From the NCBI GenBank assembly GCA_046758745.1, contig JBHIAV010000005.1, forward strand, positions 40,778-104,777: a DNA stretch of 64,000 nucleotides. Direction: 5' to 3'. Under the pieces are notes generated by a model. The model was not told the DNA's origin. It worked only from the letters and a program-made list of their open reading frames with translations, and did no database searches. Positions 1-9,358 of the stretch are shown here, one piece after another (the first letter of the stretch is position 1; each line of letters opens with the position of its first letter). The translations under genes were made by a program, and so were the position numbers. This DNA is from Gemmatimonadota bacterium (GTDB lineage: Bacteria > Gemmatimonadota > Gemmatimonadetes > Palauibacterales > Palauibacteraceae).

Positions 1-259
1 CCGACAGGCGGGCGGCCGTCGGGCCGTGAAGGTCGGCGTCGAGCAACCCGACCCGGGCCCCTGCGCGAGCGGATTGGGCGGCCAGCAGGGCTGCCACGAA
101 GCTCTTCCCGACCCCGCCCTTTCCGCTCATCACGGCCACACAGCGTTCCACCAGCTCGAGGCGCCGGCGCACTTTTTCGCGCTGCGCGGTCACCTGAGCG
201 ACGAGGTCGGACCGGTCCCGGCCGAGGAGCTCCGAGTAGGTGCGGAAACCGATCGTCAC
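1..259 (-). CDS. Mrp/NBP35 (ApbC-like) P-loop ATPase, Fe-S cluster carrier; runs off the window edge
   Basis: Not in the ORF track. Manual translation from GTG at 259 gives [61 protein letters not shown]...[12 protein letters not shown], with the deviant Walker A (SGKGGVGKS) and the Mrp DADxHGP motif. GTGA overlap with the upstream gene's stop. Confidence 0.85.
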   Translation of the reverse strand, partial: MTIGFRTYSELLGRDRSDLVAQVTAQREKVRRRLELVERCVAVMSGKGGVGKSFVAALLAAQSARAGARVGLLDADLHGPTAARLS

Positions 260-753
260 AGGTCCCAGCCGGCGCGGGCCAGCATCCACAGGTTGATGAG
301 CACGACGACCACGGCCGTCACGTAGAGCGCCGCCGGGAGGCGGGCCTCCGCAACGGGCAGGAAGCCCCGCCGGACGAGGGCGGGGAGGCGGAGCGCGTGA
401 AGGAGCCACACCGCCCGCGCGAACCACGGATTCTGCCAGCGCCACAACCCCCAGAAGACGACGGCCACGATGGCCGCGCCGAGGAGGAGCCACACCCAGA
501 CCGCACCGCGCTCGGCCGGCAGGACGCCGGCCCGAGCCGCGGCGATGACGGCCGCCTCGTACAGGAGTCCGACGTGCAGATAGACAAACGCCGCCTGCCG
601 GAACTTGACGGCCCGCGCCGGCGCGTGAGGCAACCTTCGCGCCCGGCGAGCCGCCGGCTCGGCCGAACCGGGCCCGTCCGCCACCGCGCCTTCCGGACTC
701 TCCGCCGCTCGGCTCCCCGCCATACTCTCTTCCGTCTGGGGTCTTTCGCTCAC
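256..753 (-). CDS. Hypothetical membrane protein (~4 TM)
   Basis: Several hydrophobic helices; its stop overlaps the Mrp start. Start uncertain. Confidence 0.65.
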   Translation of the reverse strand: MSERPQTEESMAGSRAAESPEGAVADGPGSAEPAARRARRLPHAPARAVKFRQAAFVYLHVGLLYEAAVIAAARAGVLPAERGAVWVWLLLGAAIVAVVFWGLWRWQNPWFARAVWLLHALRLPALVRRGFLPVAEARLPAALYVTAVVVVLINLWMLARAGWDL

Positions 754-935
754 CTTACCGGTACAGCTTGCCGGGGCGCCCGCTGTTCCGCAACAGCGGC
801 TGTCCCGCCGCGCCGCCGCGCGCTAGTTTTCTGGGTGTAGGGTGCCGCGAAGCGGCGCTTTCTCTGCCTGGGGTGCGGCGAGCCGGCACGTGGCAGTGCA
901 CACGCGTCCCGCGGCATGGAACATGAGGAGGCGAC

Positions 936-1139
936 GTGTCCCTCATCGGCTTTCACAGGGTTCTGATCGGGAGCGCGATTCTCTTCTGCGCGCTCTTCGC
1001 AGTGTGGGAGGGGTGGCGATACCTGCAGGCGGGAGGCGCGGCCGAGCTCACCCTCGCCGTCGTGTTCGGAGTCCTCGCCTGCTCCCTCGCGTACTATCTG
1101 GCGAGGCTCAACCGCTTCCTCGGACGCGAATCTTCTTGA
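936..1139 (+). CDS. Small 2-TM membrane protein
   Basis: GAGGAGG RBS before GTG; two hydrophobic segments (FHRVLIGSAILFCALFAVW; LTLAVVFGVLACSLAYYL). Confidence 0.7.
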   Translation: MSLIGFHRVLIGSAILFCALFAVWEGWRYLQAGGAAELTLAVVFGVLACSLAYYLARLNRFLGRESS

Positions 1140-1208
1140 GGGCGGCGCGTCCCCGGCGACCCGCCGCCCGCGCCGGGGCTGCCGACTGACCGAGGCTTCC
1201 GAGCCGGC

Positions 1209-1841
1209 GTGAGCGACGAGGTCGGCGCCGGCGGGAGTCCCGCCTGGCTCCTCGGCGCGGCGGCGCTCTTCCTCCTGCTCCTGGCGGCTCTCGTCGCGAC
1301 CTCCCTGTGGCGCCGCGAACCTCCGGCCTTTCCCATCACCCACCGGACGCCTCAAGAGGCGGGAGACTCGCTCGGCCGAGGCCTCGTGACGCTCGACGCA
1401 CGGGACCGGCGCGCCTGGGTGCGCTTCGACTTCTCCCGCTCCGCGGTCGTGGAGAGCGGGGAGCCGGCGGGCTGGGATGTGGCCGCTCGCCGCCATCGAT
1501 TGATCGTCAACGGTGGCCAGGGCTTCGCCGGGCACGGAGGCGTGATCGAGGTCACCGGCACGCCGTACGAGGCGGTGGGCGAGGCACCCGACGAGGGGTA
1601 CACGGGATCCAGGGTCACCGCGGGAGGCGACTCGGTCAACTCCGTCTTCGACGGCTGGTACCGCTACGGCTTCTTCTCTCACCTGCTCGAGCCGAAGCCG
1701 GCCACGTACATCGTGCGAACGGCAGACGGAAGATATGCGAAGCTGCGCATCCTCAGCTACTACTGTCCGGGAGCGGAGCCCGGCTGCCTCACCTTCGAGT
1801 ACAGCTACCAGGGAGCGGGCGGAACGAGGCTGGCGCCCTAG
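1209..1841 (+). CDS. HmuY-family heme-binding protein with N-terminal TM anchor
   Basis: HmuY-type motifs WVRFDFS, WDVAARR...NGG, WYRY, YIVRTADGRYAKLRILSYY, LTFEY. Confidence 0.8.
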   Translation: MSDEVGAGGSPAWLLGAAALFLLLLAALVATSLWRREPPAFPITHRTPQEAGDSLGRGLVTLDARDRRAWVRFDFSRSAVVESGEPAGWDVAARRHRLIVNGGQGFAGHGGVIEVTGTPYEAVGEAPDEGYTGSRVTAGGDSVNSVFDGWYRYGFFSHLLEPKPATYIVRTADGRYAKLRILSYYCPGAEPGCLTFEYSYQGAGGTRLAP

Positions 1842-2344
1842 TCGTCCGACAGCTCCCTGATGCGAGTCACCAGGCGCGAGGTCGAGCGTTCCGGCACAAG
1901 CGGGAGCACGTGCACCTCGCCACCCGCCGCGAGCACGTCGGGGCCGCCCACGATCTCCTGTGGTCCGTAGTCGCTCCCTTTTACAAGCACGTCGGGGAGC
2001 AGCTTCCGGATCAGCTCGAGCGGCGTGTCCTCGTCGAACACGGTGACAGCGTCCACGCAGCGGAGCGCGGCGAGGATCACCGCCCGGTCCCCCGCCGTCT
2101 GGAACGGCCTGCCTCTTCCCTTGACCCGGCGCGCCGAGGCATCCGAGTTCACTGCCACCACGAGTCGATCACCCAGGCGGCGAGCCTCCTCGAGACACCG
2201 GATGTGCCCGGCGTGCAGGAGGTCGAACACCCCGTTCGTGAAGACGAGCCGGTGGTCGCGAGGCCTTCCGTACGTCGCGCACAGCGCCGGCCGGGCGAGC
2301 ACGCGCCCCATGCCCGGTACGCGGCGTTCCTCGCCGCCCCTCAC
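1838..2344 (-). CDS. rfaE2: D-glycero-beta-D-manno-heptose 1-phosphate adenylyltransferase (stand-alone RfaE domain II)
   Basis: VFTNGVFDLLHAGH, NSDAS..KG.GRP, LVKGSDY, STS motifs. GTGA overlap with the hemC stop; alternative ATG at 2311. Confidence 0.9.
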   Translation of the reverse strand: MRGGEERRVPGMGRVLARPALCATYGRPRDHRLVFTNGVFDLLHAGHIRCLEEARRLGDRLVVAVNSDASARRVKGRGRPFQTAGDRAVILAALRCVDAVTVFDEDTPLELIRKLLPDVLVKGSDYGPQEIVGGPDVLAAGGEVHVLPLVPERSTSRLVTRIRELSDD

Positions 2345-3297
2345 CTCGGGTCCCTCGCACGGCGCCCGAGCAGCTCTCCCGCTCCTCGCTCGAGGAGTCG
2401 TTCGGCGAGCGCCCTCCCGATCGCCGCCGGCTCGAACGCCGAGCCGGAGAGCGCATCTCGGATGGCGACCCGCCCGTCGGGCGAGAAGACGGCGGCGGCG
2501 GCGCGCAGGCGCGGCCCCTCCACCTCCGCGAATGCCCCAACCGGGATCTGGCACCCCCCTCCGAGCGCTGCCAGCAGGCTCCGCTCGCACTCGACCGCGG
2601 TCCTCGCTTCCCGGCTCTCGATCGCCGCCAGCAGGCGAGCCGACTCTTCGTCCGAGGCCCGTGCCTCCACGCCGAGGGCGCCCTGCCCCACGGCCGGGAG
2701 CCATTCCGGCGGTTCGAGCCGGGCGAGATGCCGGTGCGGGAGGCCAAGCCGCCGCAGTCCGGCCGCCGCCAGGATGATCGCGTCGTACTCCCCGTCCCGA
2801 CACTTGCGAAGGCGGGTTTCGACGTTCCCCCTGATGCTCCGAACCTCGCAGTCCGGCCGCCGGGCCAAGAGCTGCGCGACGCGCCTCAGGGAGGAGGTGC
2901 CGAGCACGCTACCTGCCGGAAGATCCTCGAGTCCTCCCCTTCCCTCCCGGCGGATGAGCAGGTCGGCTGCGTCCGAGCGCTCTGGAACGCATGCCAGGCA
3001 GAGCCCCGCCGCCAGGTCGGTCGGGAGATCTTTGAGGGAGTGCACCGCGGCGTCGATCTCCCCCCGCAGGATCCGCCTCTCCAGCTCGGCGGTGAAGAGA
3101 CCCTTGCCGCCGATCTCGGGAAGCGGTCGATCGATCGATCGATCCCCCTCGGTCTCCACGCCGACGATCTCCACGACGAGACCGGGCCAGGCCGTCCGCA
3201 CCCGCTCGGCGACGACCTCGCTCTGGGCCATAGCGAGCCGCGACCGGCGCGAGCCGATGATGAACCGGGAACGGGAGAGCTCTGGCATGGCCGCCAT
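2341..3297 (-). CDS. hemC: Hydroxymethylbilane synthase (porphobilinogen deaminase)
   Basis: GSRRSRLAMAQ, GGKGLFT, AVHSLKDLP, GTSSLRR, IRGNVETR, LGGGCQIP (cofactor Cys). Confidence 0.97.
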   Translation of the reverse strand: MAAMPELSRSRFIIGSRRSRLAMAQSEVVAERVRTAWPGLVVEIVGVETEGDRSIDRPLPEIGGKGLFTAELERRILRGEIDAAVHSLKDLPTDLAAGLCLACVPERSDAADLLIRREGRGGLEDLPAGSVLGTSSLRRVAQLLARRPDCEVRSIRGNVETRLRKCRDGEYDAIILAAAGLRRLGLPHRHLARLEPPEWLPAVGQGALGVEARASDEESARLLAAIESREARTAVECERSLLAALGGGCQIPVGAFAEVEGPRLRAAAAVFSPDGRVAIRDALSGSAFEPAAIGRALAERLLERGAGELLGRRARDPR

Positions 3298-4910
3298 CAG
3301 AGAACCCGCCCCGGAAGGCGGCCGGGCCTACGGGCCGCGGCCACCGCCTCCCGCAGGTCCTTTCGCTGGAAGAGGATCTTGAGGAAGGGCGGCACGATGA
3401 AGGTGGAGAGAATCACCATGATGAGGATCGCGCTGTACACCGCGTTCGACAGGATCCCCGCCGTGAGACCGATCGAAGCGAAGATGAGCCCCACCTCACC
3501 CCGCGGGATCATCCCCACCCCCACCAGCAGCTTGCTGGTGTCCCGCCGCCGCACCGCCAGACCGGATACGATCTTTCCGATGACCGCGATCACGGTGAGG
3601 ATGAGGCCGACTGCCAGGACGGCCAGATCGAAGTCGTCCGATCCGGGAATGAACAGCTTCACGTTCACAGGCGCGCCCACCGCCACGAAGAAGATCGGGG
3701 TGAACACGTCGGCCACCGGCTCGATCCGCTCCACCACCGCGTCGAACTGGTTCGTCGAGGAGAGCACGATCCCGGCGGCGAACGCTCCGATGATCATTGC
3801 GGATCCCGCCCAGTCGGCCAGCGCCGCCACCCCGAGCGCGAAACAGAAGGCCGTAACGAGCAGAACGCCGCGCACACGCATGCGATCCACGTAGTTGAAC
3901 AGCGCCGGTGCGAACCGATTCCCGATCACCACGGCGAGGACGAGGAAGCCGACCGCGAAGAGGAAGATCTTCCCGATCGACAGGACGCCGACGGCGACGC
4001 CGCCCGCGAGCCCCGATACGACGGCGAGGATCACGATGCCCATCACGTCGTCGATGACCGCCGCCCCGATGATGATGCGCGCCTCGGGGGTACTCATCTT
4101 CTTGAGGTCCGCCAGGACGCGCGCGGTGATGCCGACGGAGGTGGCCGTGAGCGTCGCACCCACGAAGACGGCGACGATGGCGAAGGTGATTCCCTGCGGG
4201 TGGGCCCCGATACCGGGATTGATCATGTACCAGTAGAGAAAGCCGAGCCCGAAGGGCACGACGACGCCGACCGTCGCGACGGAGAAGGCGGTCGGGCCCA
4301 CATGGAACATCTCCTTGAGGTCCGTCTCGAGCCCGATCTCGAAGAGGAGGATCGCCACTCCGATCTCGGCGAAGATCTGGACGATCTCCCCGGTGGGTGT
4401 GTCGAACGGCGGCACGACCCCGAGCAGGCTGCTGCCGAGGACCACCCCGGCGACCAGCTCGCCGAGCACCGCCGGCTGTCCGCGCCGCTCCGCGAACTCG
4501 CCGAACAGCTTCCCGAGAAGGAGAATGGCGATGAGGACAAAGAAGACGTCGCGGACCCTCAGCCCGTCTTCCGCCTCTCCCGTCGAGTCGTGCGCGTTCT
4601 GCAGCGCCGGCCGGCCGGCCTCCCGGGCCGTTTCCGTCAGCCCGGCCCCGGTGTCCGCGCCCCCCCTTACCCCTTCCGCTCCCCGCCCCCGGCTCCTCGG
4701 TTCCGCGGTCCGGATCGCCCCGGGTGTGCCTCCGGCCGCTCGCCCCGTGCCTGCCGCGCCGGCGAGCAGCGGAGCCGGGGAGACAGGCGCTTCGCCCCCC
4801 GCCCGGCCCGCTCCGCCCGCGATGACGAAGCACAAGCCGAGCGCGACGAGGCCGCGTCGCCAGAGCCTCCGGGTGCTCGCGCGCCGGCCTCGCCCCCTGC
4901 CGACTCTCAC
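3297..4910 (-). CDS. Cation:proton antiporter (CPA2/NapA-like) with an N-terminal extension
   Basis: GQPAVLGEL, LLFEIGLE, LTATSVGIT, GAAVIDD and GMIPRGE motifs. Start uncertain. Confidence 0.9.
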   Translation of the reverse strand: MRVGRGRGRRASTRRLWRRGLVALGLCFVIAGGAGRAGGEAPVSPAPLLAGAAGTGRAAGGTPGAIRTAEPRSRGRGAEGVRGGADTGAGLTETAREAGRPALQNAHDSTGEAEDGLRVRDVFFVLIAILLLGKLFGEFAERRGQPAVLGELVAGVVLGSSLLGVVPPFDTPTGEIVQIFAEIGVAILLFEIGLETDLKEMFHVGPTAFSVATVGVVVPFGLGFLYWYMINPGIGAHPQGITFAIVAVFVGATLTATSVGITARVLADLKKMSTPEARIIIGAAVIDDVMGIVILAVVSGLAGGVAVGVLSIGKIFLFAVGFLVLAVVIGNRFAPALFNYVDRMRVRGVLLVTAFCFALGVAALADWAGSAMIIGAFAAGIVLSSTNQFDAVVERIEPVADVFTPIFFVAVGAPVNVKLFIPGSDDFDLAVLAVGLILTVIAVIGKIVSGLAVRRRDTSKLLVGVGMIPRGEVGLIFASIGLTAGILSNAVYSAILIMVILSTFIVPPFLKILFQRKDLREAVAAARRPGRLPGRVL

Positions 4911-4969
4911 GGCCTACCGGGTCCGCTCGCCCGGCCGGGCTCCGCCGCGGACGGTCCGGCCGCGAGCGC

Positions 4970-5476
4970 TTACCACTGGGACTGCGCCCCGTCCACGATC
5001 TTCTGGATGAGGTTCTCGAGCGCCAGCTGCTGACCCTCGTCCTCCGTCTCCGTCTCGGGGTCGTACTCGCCCACGCCGGTCACCGAGGGAGCGTTCCAGA
5101 TCACCTCGTTGCGCTGCAGGTCGATGATCTCCACACGGGCCCGAATCGTGATCCGCCGCTGGAACACGTCGGCTCCGACATCCTCGCGAGCCTCGAAGTT
5201 CAGCGCGCGGTCGGCGTACCCGGTGATGGTCGCGCGGATCACGGAGTCCGCGTCCCCCTCCGAGGCGAGCTGCACACCTAGGCGACCGCGCGCGGCGTCG
5301 AGAAGACCCTGAGTGAGCTGTTCCGTGAGGGTGAAGCGGGTCGTCTGATTCTCGACCGGAGGGACGAACATGGTGTGGACATGCGAGGGAAGGCCCCCTC
5401 CCCCGGAGAAGGTGTAGTTGCAGCCGGCCAGAGCGAGGACGAGAGCGAGCCGGCTAACGCGAAGACGTGAGCTCAT
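4970..5476 (-). CDS. lptE: LptE-family lipoprotein
   Basis: Lipobox LALAGC followed by YTFSGGGGLPSHVHTMFVPPVENQT and a C-terminal ...QW, typical of FCB-type LptE. ATG at 5476. Confidence 0.7.
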   Translation of the reverse strand: MSSRLRVSRLALVLALAGCNYTFSGGGGLPSHVHTMFVPPVENQTTRFTLTEQLTQGLLDAARGRLGVQLASEGDADSVIRATITGYADRALNFEAREDVGADVFQRRITIRARVEIIDLQRNEVIWNAPSVTGVGEYDPETETEDEGQQLALENLIQKIVDGAQSQW

Positions 5477-6242
5477 AGATCTCTTTCGGGTGAGGCGCGG
5501 TGGCCCGTACTTTCCCCATCTCCCATCTAACGCGGCTCCGGGCGGCGAGGTCCCGATACTCGGCTCTGCGGGGCCACTCCCCCTCGGCATGCCACTCGAC
5601 GACTACCCTCCGGAGAGTGCGGCCGGCTCTTCGCTGCTCGAGCCGTCGCAGGCGTCCCTCGCGCAGGAAGAAGTACGTGGTCTCGCTCCGGTCGTTCCCA
5701 TACACCAGCACCTCGTCCTCTCCGGAAACGTATCCGCGGGTCGGCTCCGGGGCGGCCGGCCGGAAGATGCCGGCCATCGCGTACAGGAATGGCGGGGACG
5801 GCAACTCGACATCCTCGATCTCGCCGAGGGTGGCGAGGGAATCGCCCGCCAGGGAGACGGCGAGGGCCAGGTCGCCGGAGGTGAACAGGTCCAGTCGCAG
5901 GCTGTCGGGGGGGTTGAAGCGCGCGATCCCCTCCCCTTCCACCCGCCCGCGGCGGTCGCCGTACCGCCACTCGAATCGCACCGTCGCCGGCGTCACCGCA
6001 CCGCCGAGGGAAGCCCGACGGACCACGGCCACGGGATCGTCGAGAGGCGGGCCCGTCCCGACAAACCCGGTACAGCCGGTCGCCGTCAACACGCTCGCCA
6101 CCAGCGCCCCGACCCGAAAGCGGTCCCGGGGGGGCAAAAAGCCCGGAAGGCACGGGCGCTGACGCAGGGGGGCGAGCAGAGGAAGGGGGCCGCGACAGCT
6201 CATCCGGAGCGACCATCCGGGCGGCGGCCGCTCAGCTCGCAT
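5454..6242 (-). CDS. Lipoprotein, possible LolB/DUF4292-like fold
   Basis: Lipobox-like VLTATGC, beta-rich body, PDSLRLDLF motif. The real start is probably downstream of 6242. Confidence 0.55.
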   Translation of the reverse strand: MRAERPPPGWSLRMSCRGPLPLLAPLRQRPCLPGFLPPRDRFRVGALVASVLTATGCTGFVGTGPPLDDPVAVVRRASLGGAVTPATVRFEWRYGDRRGRVEGEGIARFNPPDSLRLDLFTSGDLALAVSLAGDSLATLGEIEDVELPSPPFLYAMAGIFRPAAPEPTRGYVSGEDEVLVYGNDRSETTYFFLREGRLRRLEQRRAGRTLRRVVVEWHAEGEWPRRAEYRDLAARSRVRWEMGKVRATAPHPKEIYELTSSR

Positions 6243-6690
6243 GCTCCGCCGGCCGGGCAGCGCCGTCGGCTCGCGCGAGCTCCTCCAACGCCTTCCGCAG
6301 CTCGGCCGGCATTCGCCGCGGTCTCCCCGCGACGTCCGTGCACACCAGGTCGGTGGATGCGCGGGCGAGAAGCTCCCCGTCGGAACTCCGCAACACGTCG
6401 TACAGGAAGGTCACGGAGCGACTGCGCACGGCGCTGACTCGCGTCTCGACGGCCACGAGCTCCTCGTACTCCGCTCCCCGTCGGTACTCGACCTCCAGGC
6501 GGGAGACGGGCAGGAGGATTCCTCTCCTTTCCAGCTCCGCGTACGAGATGCCGCTCTCCCGCATCAGGGCGGTGCGACCCAGCTCGCACCAGACCACGTA
6601 GGCTCCGTGATGTGCCCTTCGCATCTGGTCTGTCTCGGCGTAGCGAACCCGAACTTCGACCCGCCCGCCGCATTTCGCCTCGTCTCTCAT
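6232..6690 (-). CDS. Acyl-CoA thioesterase, YbgC/FadM (4HBT) family
   Basis: VRVRYAETDQM..AHHGAYVVWCELGR hotdog-fold motif. ATG at 6690. Confidence 0.88.
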   Translation of the reverse strand: MRDEAKCGGRVEVRVRYAETDQMRRAHHGAYVVWCELGRTALMRESGISYAELERRGILLPVSRLEVEYRRGAEYEELVAVETRVSAVRSRSVTFLYDVLRSSDGELLARASTDLVCTDVAGRPRRMPAELRKALEELARADGAARPAEHAS

Positions 6691-6853
6691 CGGCCTGAAC
6701 AGAGGGAGATCCCCTCGCCTCGCGCAAGGGGCGGGGAGCGAGGGACGCTCCGCGCGTGCCCGGCGACGACATGCACCGGTCCCGCCCGCGCCGAACACCG
6801 GGACGTCGGCGGCCGCCTTTCCGGTCTCCGGGGCGGGGATCTATGTTTCATCG

Positions 6854-7588
6854 GTGGATCCGATCACGCTGGTCACCTCGGACGCACATCTCGGCGAGGT
6901 GTCCGCCGAGAACGAGGCGGCGTTTCACGCCTTCCTCCGGCACGCCGCGGGCGCCGCCGGCGAGCTCCTGATCAACGGCGACTTGTTCGACTTCTGGTTC
7001 GAATACCGCTCCGTCGTGCTTCGCCGTCATTTCATGACCCTGCGTCTTCTGGCCGACCTGGTGGACGCGGGGGTGCGGGTGCGCCTGGTAGGCGGCAATC
7101 ACGACGCGTGGGGCGGGCCCTTCCTGACCGAGGAGATCGGGATGGAGCTCATCCAGGGTCCCGTGGTGACATCGGTCGGCGGACGCCTCGCCTACCTGGC
7201 ACACGGCGACGGGCTGGCGGAGGGTGACTGGGGGTACCGCGGGCTCAAGCGGGTGATCCGGAGCCGGGGTGCTCGGAAGCTCTTTCGGCTCGTTCATCCG
7301 GACCTGGCGACGCGTCTGGTGCGCCGTGTGAGCCGCACGCAAGAGAGGCGGGCTGATGGCCCGCGGGACGATCTCCGTCGCGCCGAGCTCCTCTCATCGC
7401 ACGCCGAGGCGATCCTCGAGGAACGACCCGAACTGGAGCTAGTGATCTTCGGTCACGCGCACCGTCCTGAGCTCCGCGAGATAGCTCCAGGCCGGCACTA
7501 CCTGAATCCCGGCGACTGGATCCATCATTGCAGTTACGCGGTGGTGAGCCCGGAGCGGATCGAGCTCAAGCGGTGGAATCCACGCTGA
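6854..7588 (+). CDS. lpxH: UDP-2,3-diacylglucosamine diphosphatase (LpxH-like metallophosphoesterase)
   Basis: SDAHLG, NGDLFDFWFEY, GNHD, HGD, GHAH, NPGDW motifs. Confidence 0.8.
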   Translation: MDPITLVTSDAHLGEVSAENEAAFHAFLRHAAGAAGELLINGDLFDFWFEYRSVVLRRHFMTLRLLADLVDAGVRVRLVGGNHDAWGGPFLTEEIGMELIQGPVVTSVGGRLAYLAHGDGLAEGDWGYRGLKRVIRSRGARKLFRLVHPDLATRLVRRVSRTQERRADGPRDDLRRAELLSSHAEAILEERPELELVIFGHAHRPELREIAPGRHYLNPGDWIHHCSYAVVSPERIELKRWNPR

Positions 7589-8426
7589 CCTTCTCGAGGT
7601 GGTCGATCTCGCCACCCAGAAACCTGCTCGCCAAGCTGCCGAAGCGTTCCGCGTCGTCCGTCACGAAGTAGCGCCCTGCCACTGCACGACCTTCGGGTGC
7701 GAGCAGTCCCGCGCCGGCCAGGGATCTCGCCACATGGTCCGCCGTCGCCTCCGCCGAGTCGATGAGTGTCACGGTCGGCCCCGCCACGTCCGCCAGAAGG
7801 GGCTTGAGGAGCGGGTAGTGGGTGCAGCCGAGGACGAGCGTGTCGATGCCCCGATCGAGAAGCGGCCGCAGGTAGTGCTCGGCCGTGAGACGCGCCACCT
7901 CGCCCGCCGTCCATCCCTCCTCCACGAGCGGCACGAAGAGAGGACACGGGGCCGCGACGATCTCCGCCTCCGGCCGCCAGGAGCGGATGGCGCTCTCGTA
8001 AGCCCCGCTCTCGATCGTCCCCTGTGTGCCGATGACGCCGATCCGCCCGCTCGGCGAGTCGGTCGCCGCCCGTCTGGCACCGGGCTCGACTACGCCGATC
8101 ACCGGTACCCGGGCGCGCTCTCCGATCACGGCCAACGCGTGCGCGCTGGCGGTGTTGCACGCCACCACGATCGCCTTGACCCCTCGCGCGACCAGGAAAT
8201 CCGCCGCCTCCGTCGAGTACCGCCGTATGGTCGAGGCCGATTTCGGACCGTATGGGAGGCGGGCCGTGTCCCCCAGATACACCGTCGACTCGTCCGGGAG
8301 GCACCGACGGATCTCCCGCAGCACCGTGAGGCCCCCGATGCCGGAATCGAACACGCCGATCGGCGCTTCGAGGCGGAGATCCCCTCCGTTCCCGGTGACT
8401 CCGCTCGCTCCTCCCCGCGCCGCCAT
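7566..8426 (-). CDS. murI: Glutamate racemase
   Basis: PIGVFDSGIGG, DTARLPYG, ACNTAS and LGCTHYP (both catalytic Cys). Start approximate. Confidence 0.96.
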   Translation of the reverse strand: MAARGGASGVTGNGGDLRLEAPIGVFDSGIGGLTVLREIRRCLPDESTVYLGDTARLPYGPKSASTIRRYSTEAADFLVARGVKAIVVACNTASAHALAVIGERARVPVIGVVEPGARRAATDSPSGRIGVIGTQGTIESGAYESAIRSWRPEAEIVAAPCPLFVPLVEEGWTAGEVARLTAEHYLRPLLDRGIDTLVLGCTHYPLLKPLLADVAGPTVTLIDSAEATADHVARSLAGAGLLAPEGRAVAGRYFVTDDAERFGSLASRFLGGEIDHLEKVSVDSTA

Positions 8427-8431
8427 CGATG

Positions 8432-9190
8432 CTATGGGCCACGCACGGCGATGCGGTAACGCAGCTCGAGGCCTGCCGCGCCGTCCGCGGGTGGCGTCAC
8501 CTCTCCCTCGAACCCCTGCAGGTGCGCGGACACCCACGCGTCCACGCCGCTGAGAAGCGCGAAGAAGGCAGCCAAGACGATCCAATCCTCCCGCTGCTCC
8601 TTGCGCGCATCCACCAGGGCGCTGTCGGCCGGTGAGGCGCGCCGCGCCGCGTCCAGCTTCGACTGAGTCTTGAAGACCATGAACAGGCTTCCCGCCTCGG
8701 CGGCAAAGTAGAAGGCCCCACGGCCCGGCTTTCCCGCCGCCACCTGGCCCCACCCCGGGACGATGAGCGATCGGCCGAGCGCGCCGAGCGGGCTGACCCG
8801 GGGGCGGGCCGCAGAGTCGGGGACGACCCCGGCTTCCTGCCGTTCCTCCGCCTGCCGCGGCTCGCCGGCTCCCCCTTCCCGCGAAGCTCCACCAGCGGCC
8901 GGACTCCCGCCGCCGCTCTCGGCGGGGCCAGGCTCCTCCGCCCGCGGCCGCTCCGGCTCCTGAGCCGACGCGTTCCGGGACGGCCGTGCCGCAGCCGCCG
9001 CCACGCAGAACAGGAGCACCGCCGAGCGGGAGATGACGATGCGGAAGCAGGTACGGGAGGCGAGGGGGGCCGAGCGCCCCGTTCCCTGGGCCCCGCGCCC
9101 GGATTCCGGTCGCTCCCGTGGCCCCCGCTTCCCTGCCCCTGCCGGCGGCCGGTCCCGCGCCTCCGGAAGCCGCGATCCCCGCTCTGGCAC
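8432..9190 (-). CDS. Hypothetical exported/membrane protein, DUF5683-like
   Basis: Signal-like segment, then RSLIVPGWGQ...G and DAWVSAHLQGF motifs. The long ORF-track start runs through tRNA-Sec, so the start is uncertain. Confidence 0.6.
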   Translation of the reverse strand: MPERGSRLPEARDRPPAGAGKRGPRERPESGRGAQGTGRSAPLASRTCFRIVISRSAVLLFCVAAAAARPSRNASAQEPERPRAEEPGPAESGGGSPAAGGASREGGAGEPRQAEERQEAGVVPDSAARPRVSPLGALGRSLIVPGWGQVAAGKPGRGAFYFAAEAGSLFMVFKTQSKLDAARRASPADSALVDARKEQREDWIVLAAFFALLSGVDAWVSAHLQGFEGEVTPPADGAAGLELRYRIAVRGP

Positions 9191-9206
9191 CGGGAGGGCC
9201 GGGAAA

Positions 9207-9303
9207 TGGCGGGAGCGTGTGGGAATCGAACCCACCCGGGACGCTATCCGCACCCCGAAACGGTTTTGAAGACCGCCGGTGACACCAGCCACCATCCGCT
9301 CCC
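9207..9303 (-). tRNA. selC: tRNA-Sec (anticodon UCA)
   Basis: GGGAGCGG-AT-GGTGGC TGGT GTCACC (6-bp D stem, 4-nt loop)-GGCGGT CT TCA AA ACCGTT-long variable arm-GTGGG TTCGATT CCCAC-ACGCTCCC-G-CCA; 97 nt. Confidence 0.96.
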
Positions 9304-9358
9304 CCGGCGTCGCGCCAAACGCTCTCCCTCCGGCGTCGCCCCGCTCCATCCCCCTTCC

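Noticed and set aside
880..930. Sigma54 promoter before the small membrane protein and HmuY
   Set aside because: The GGCACG..GTGC spacing is GG-N11-GC and the second candidate ends in GA; neither fits -24/-12.
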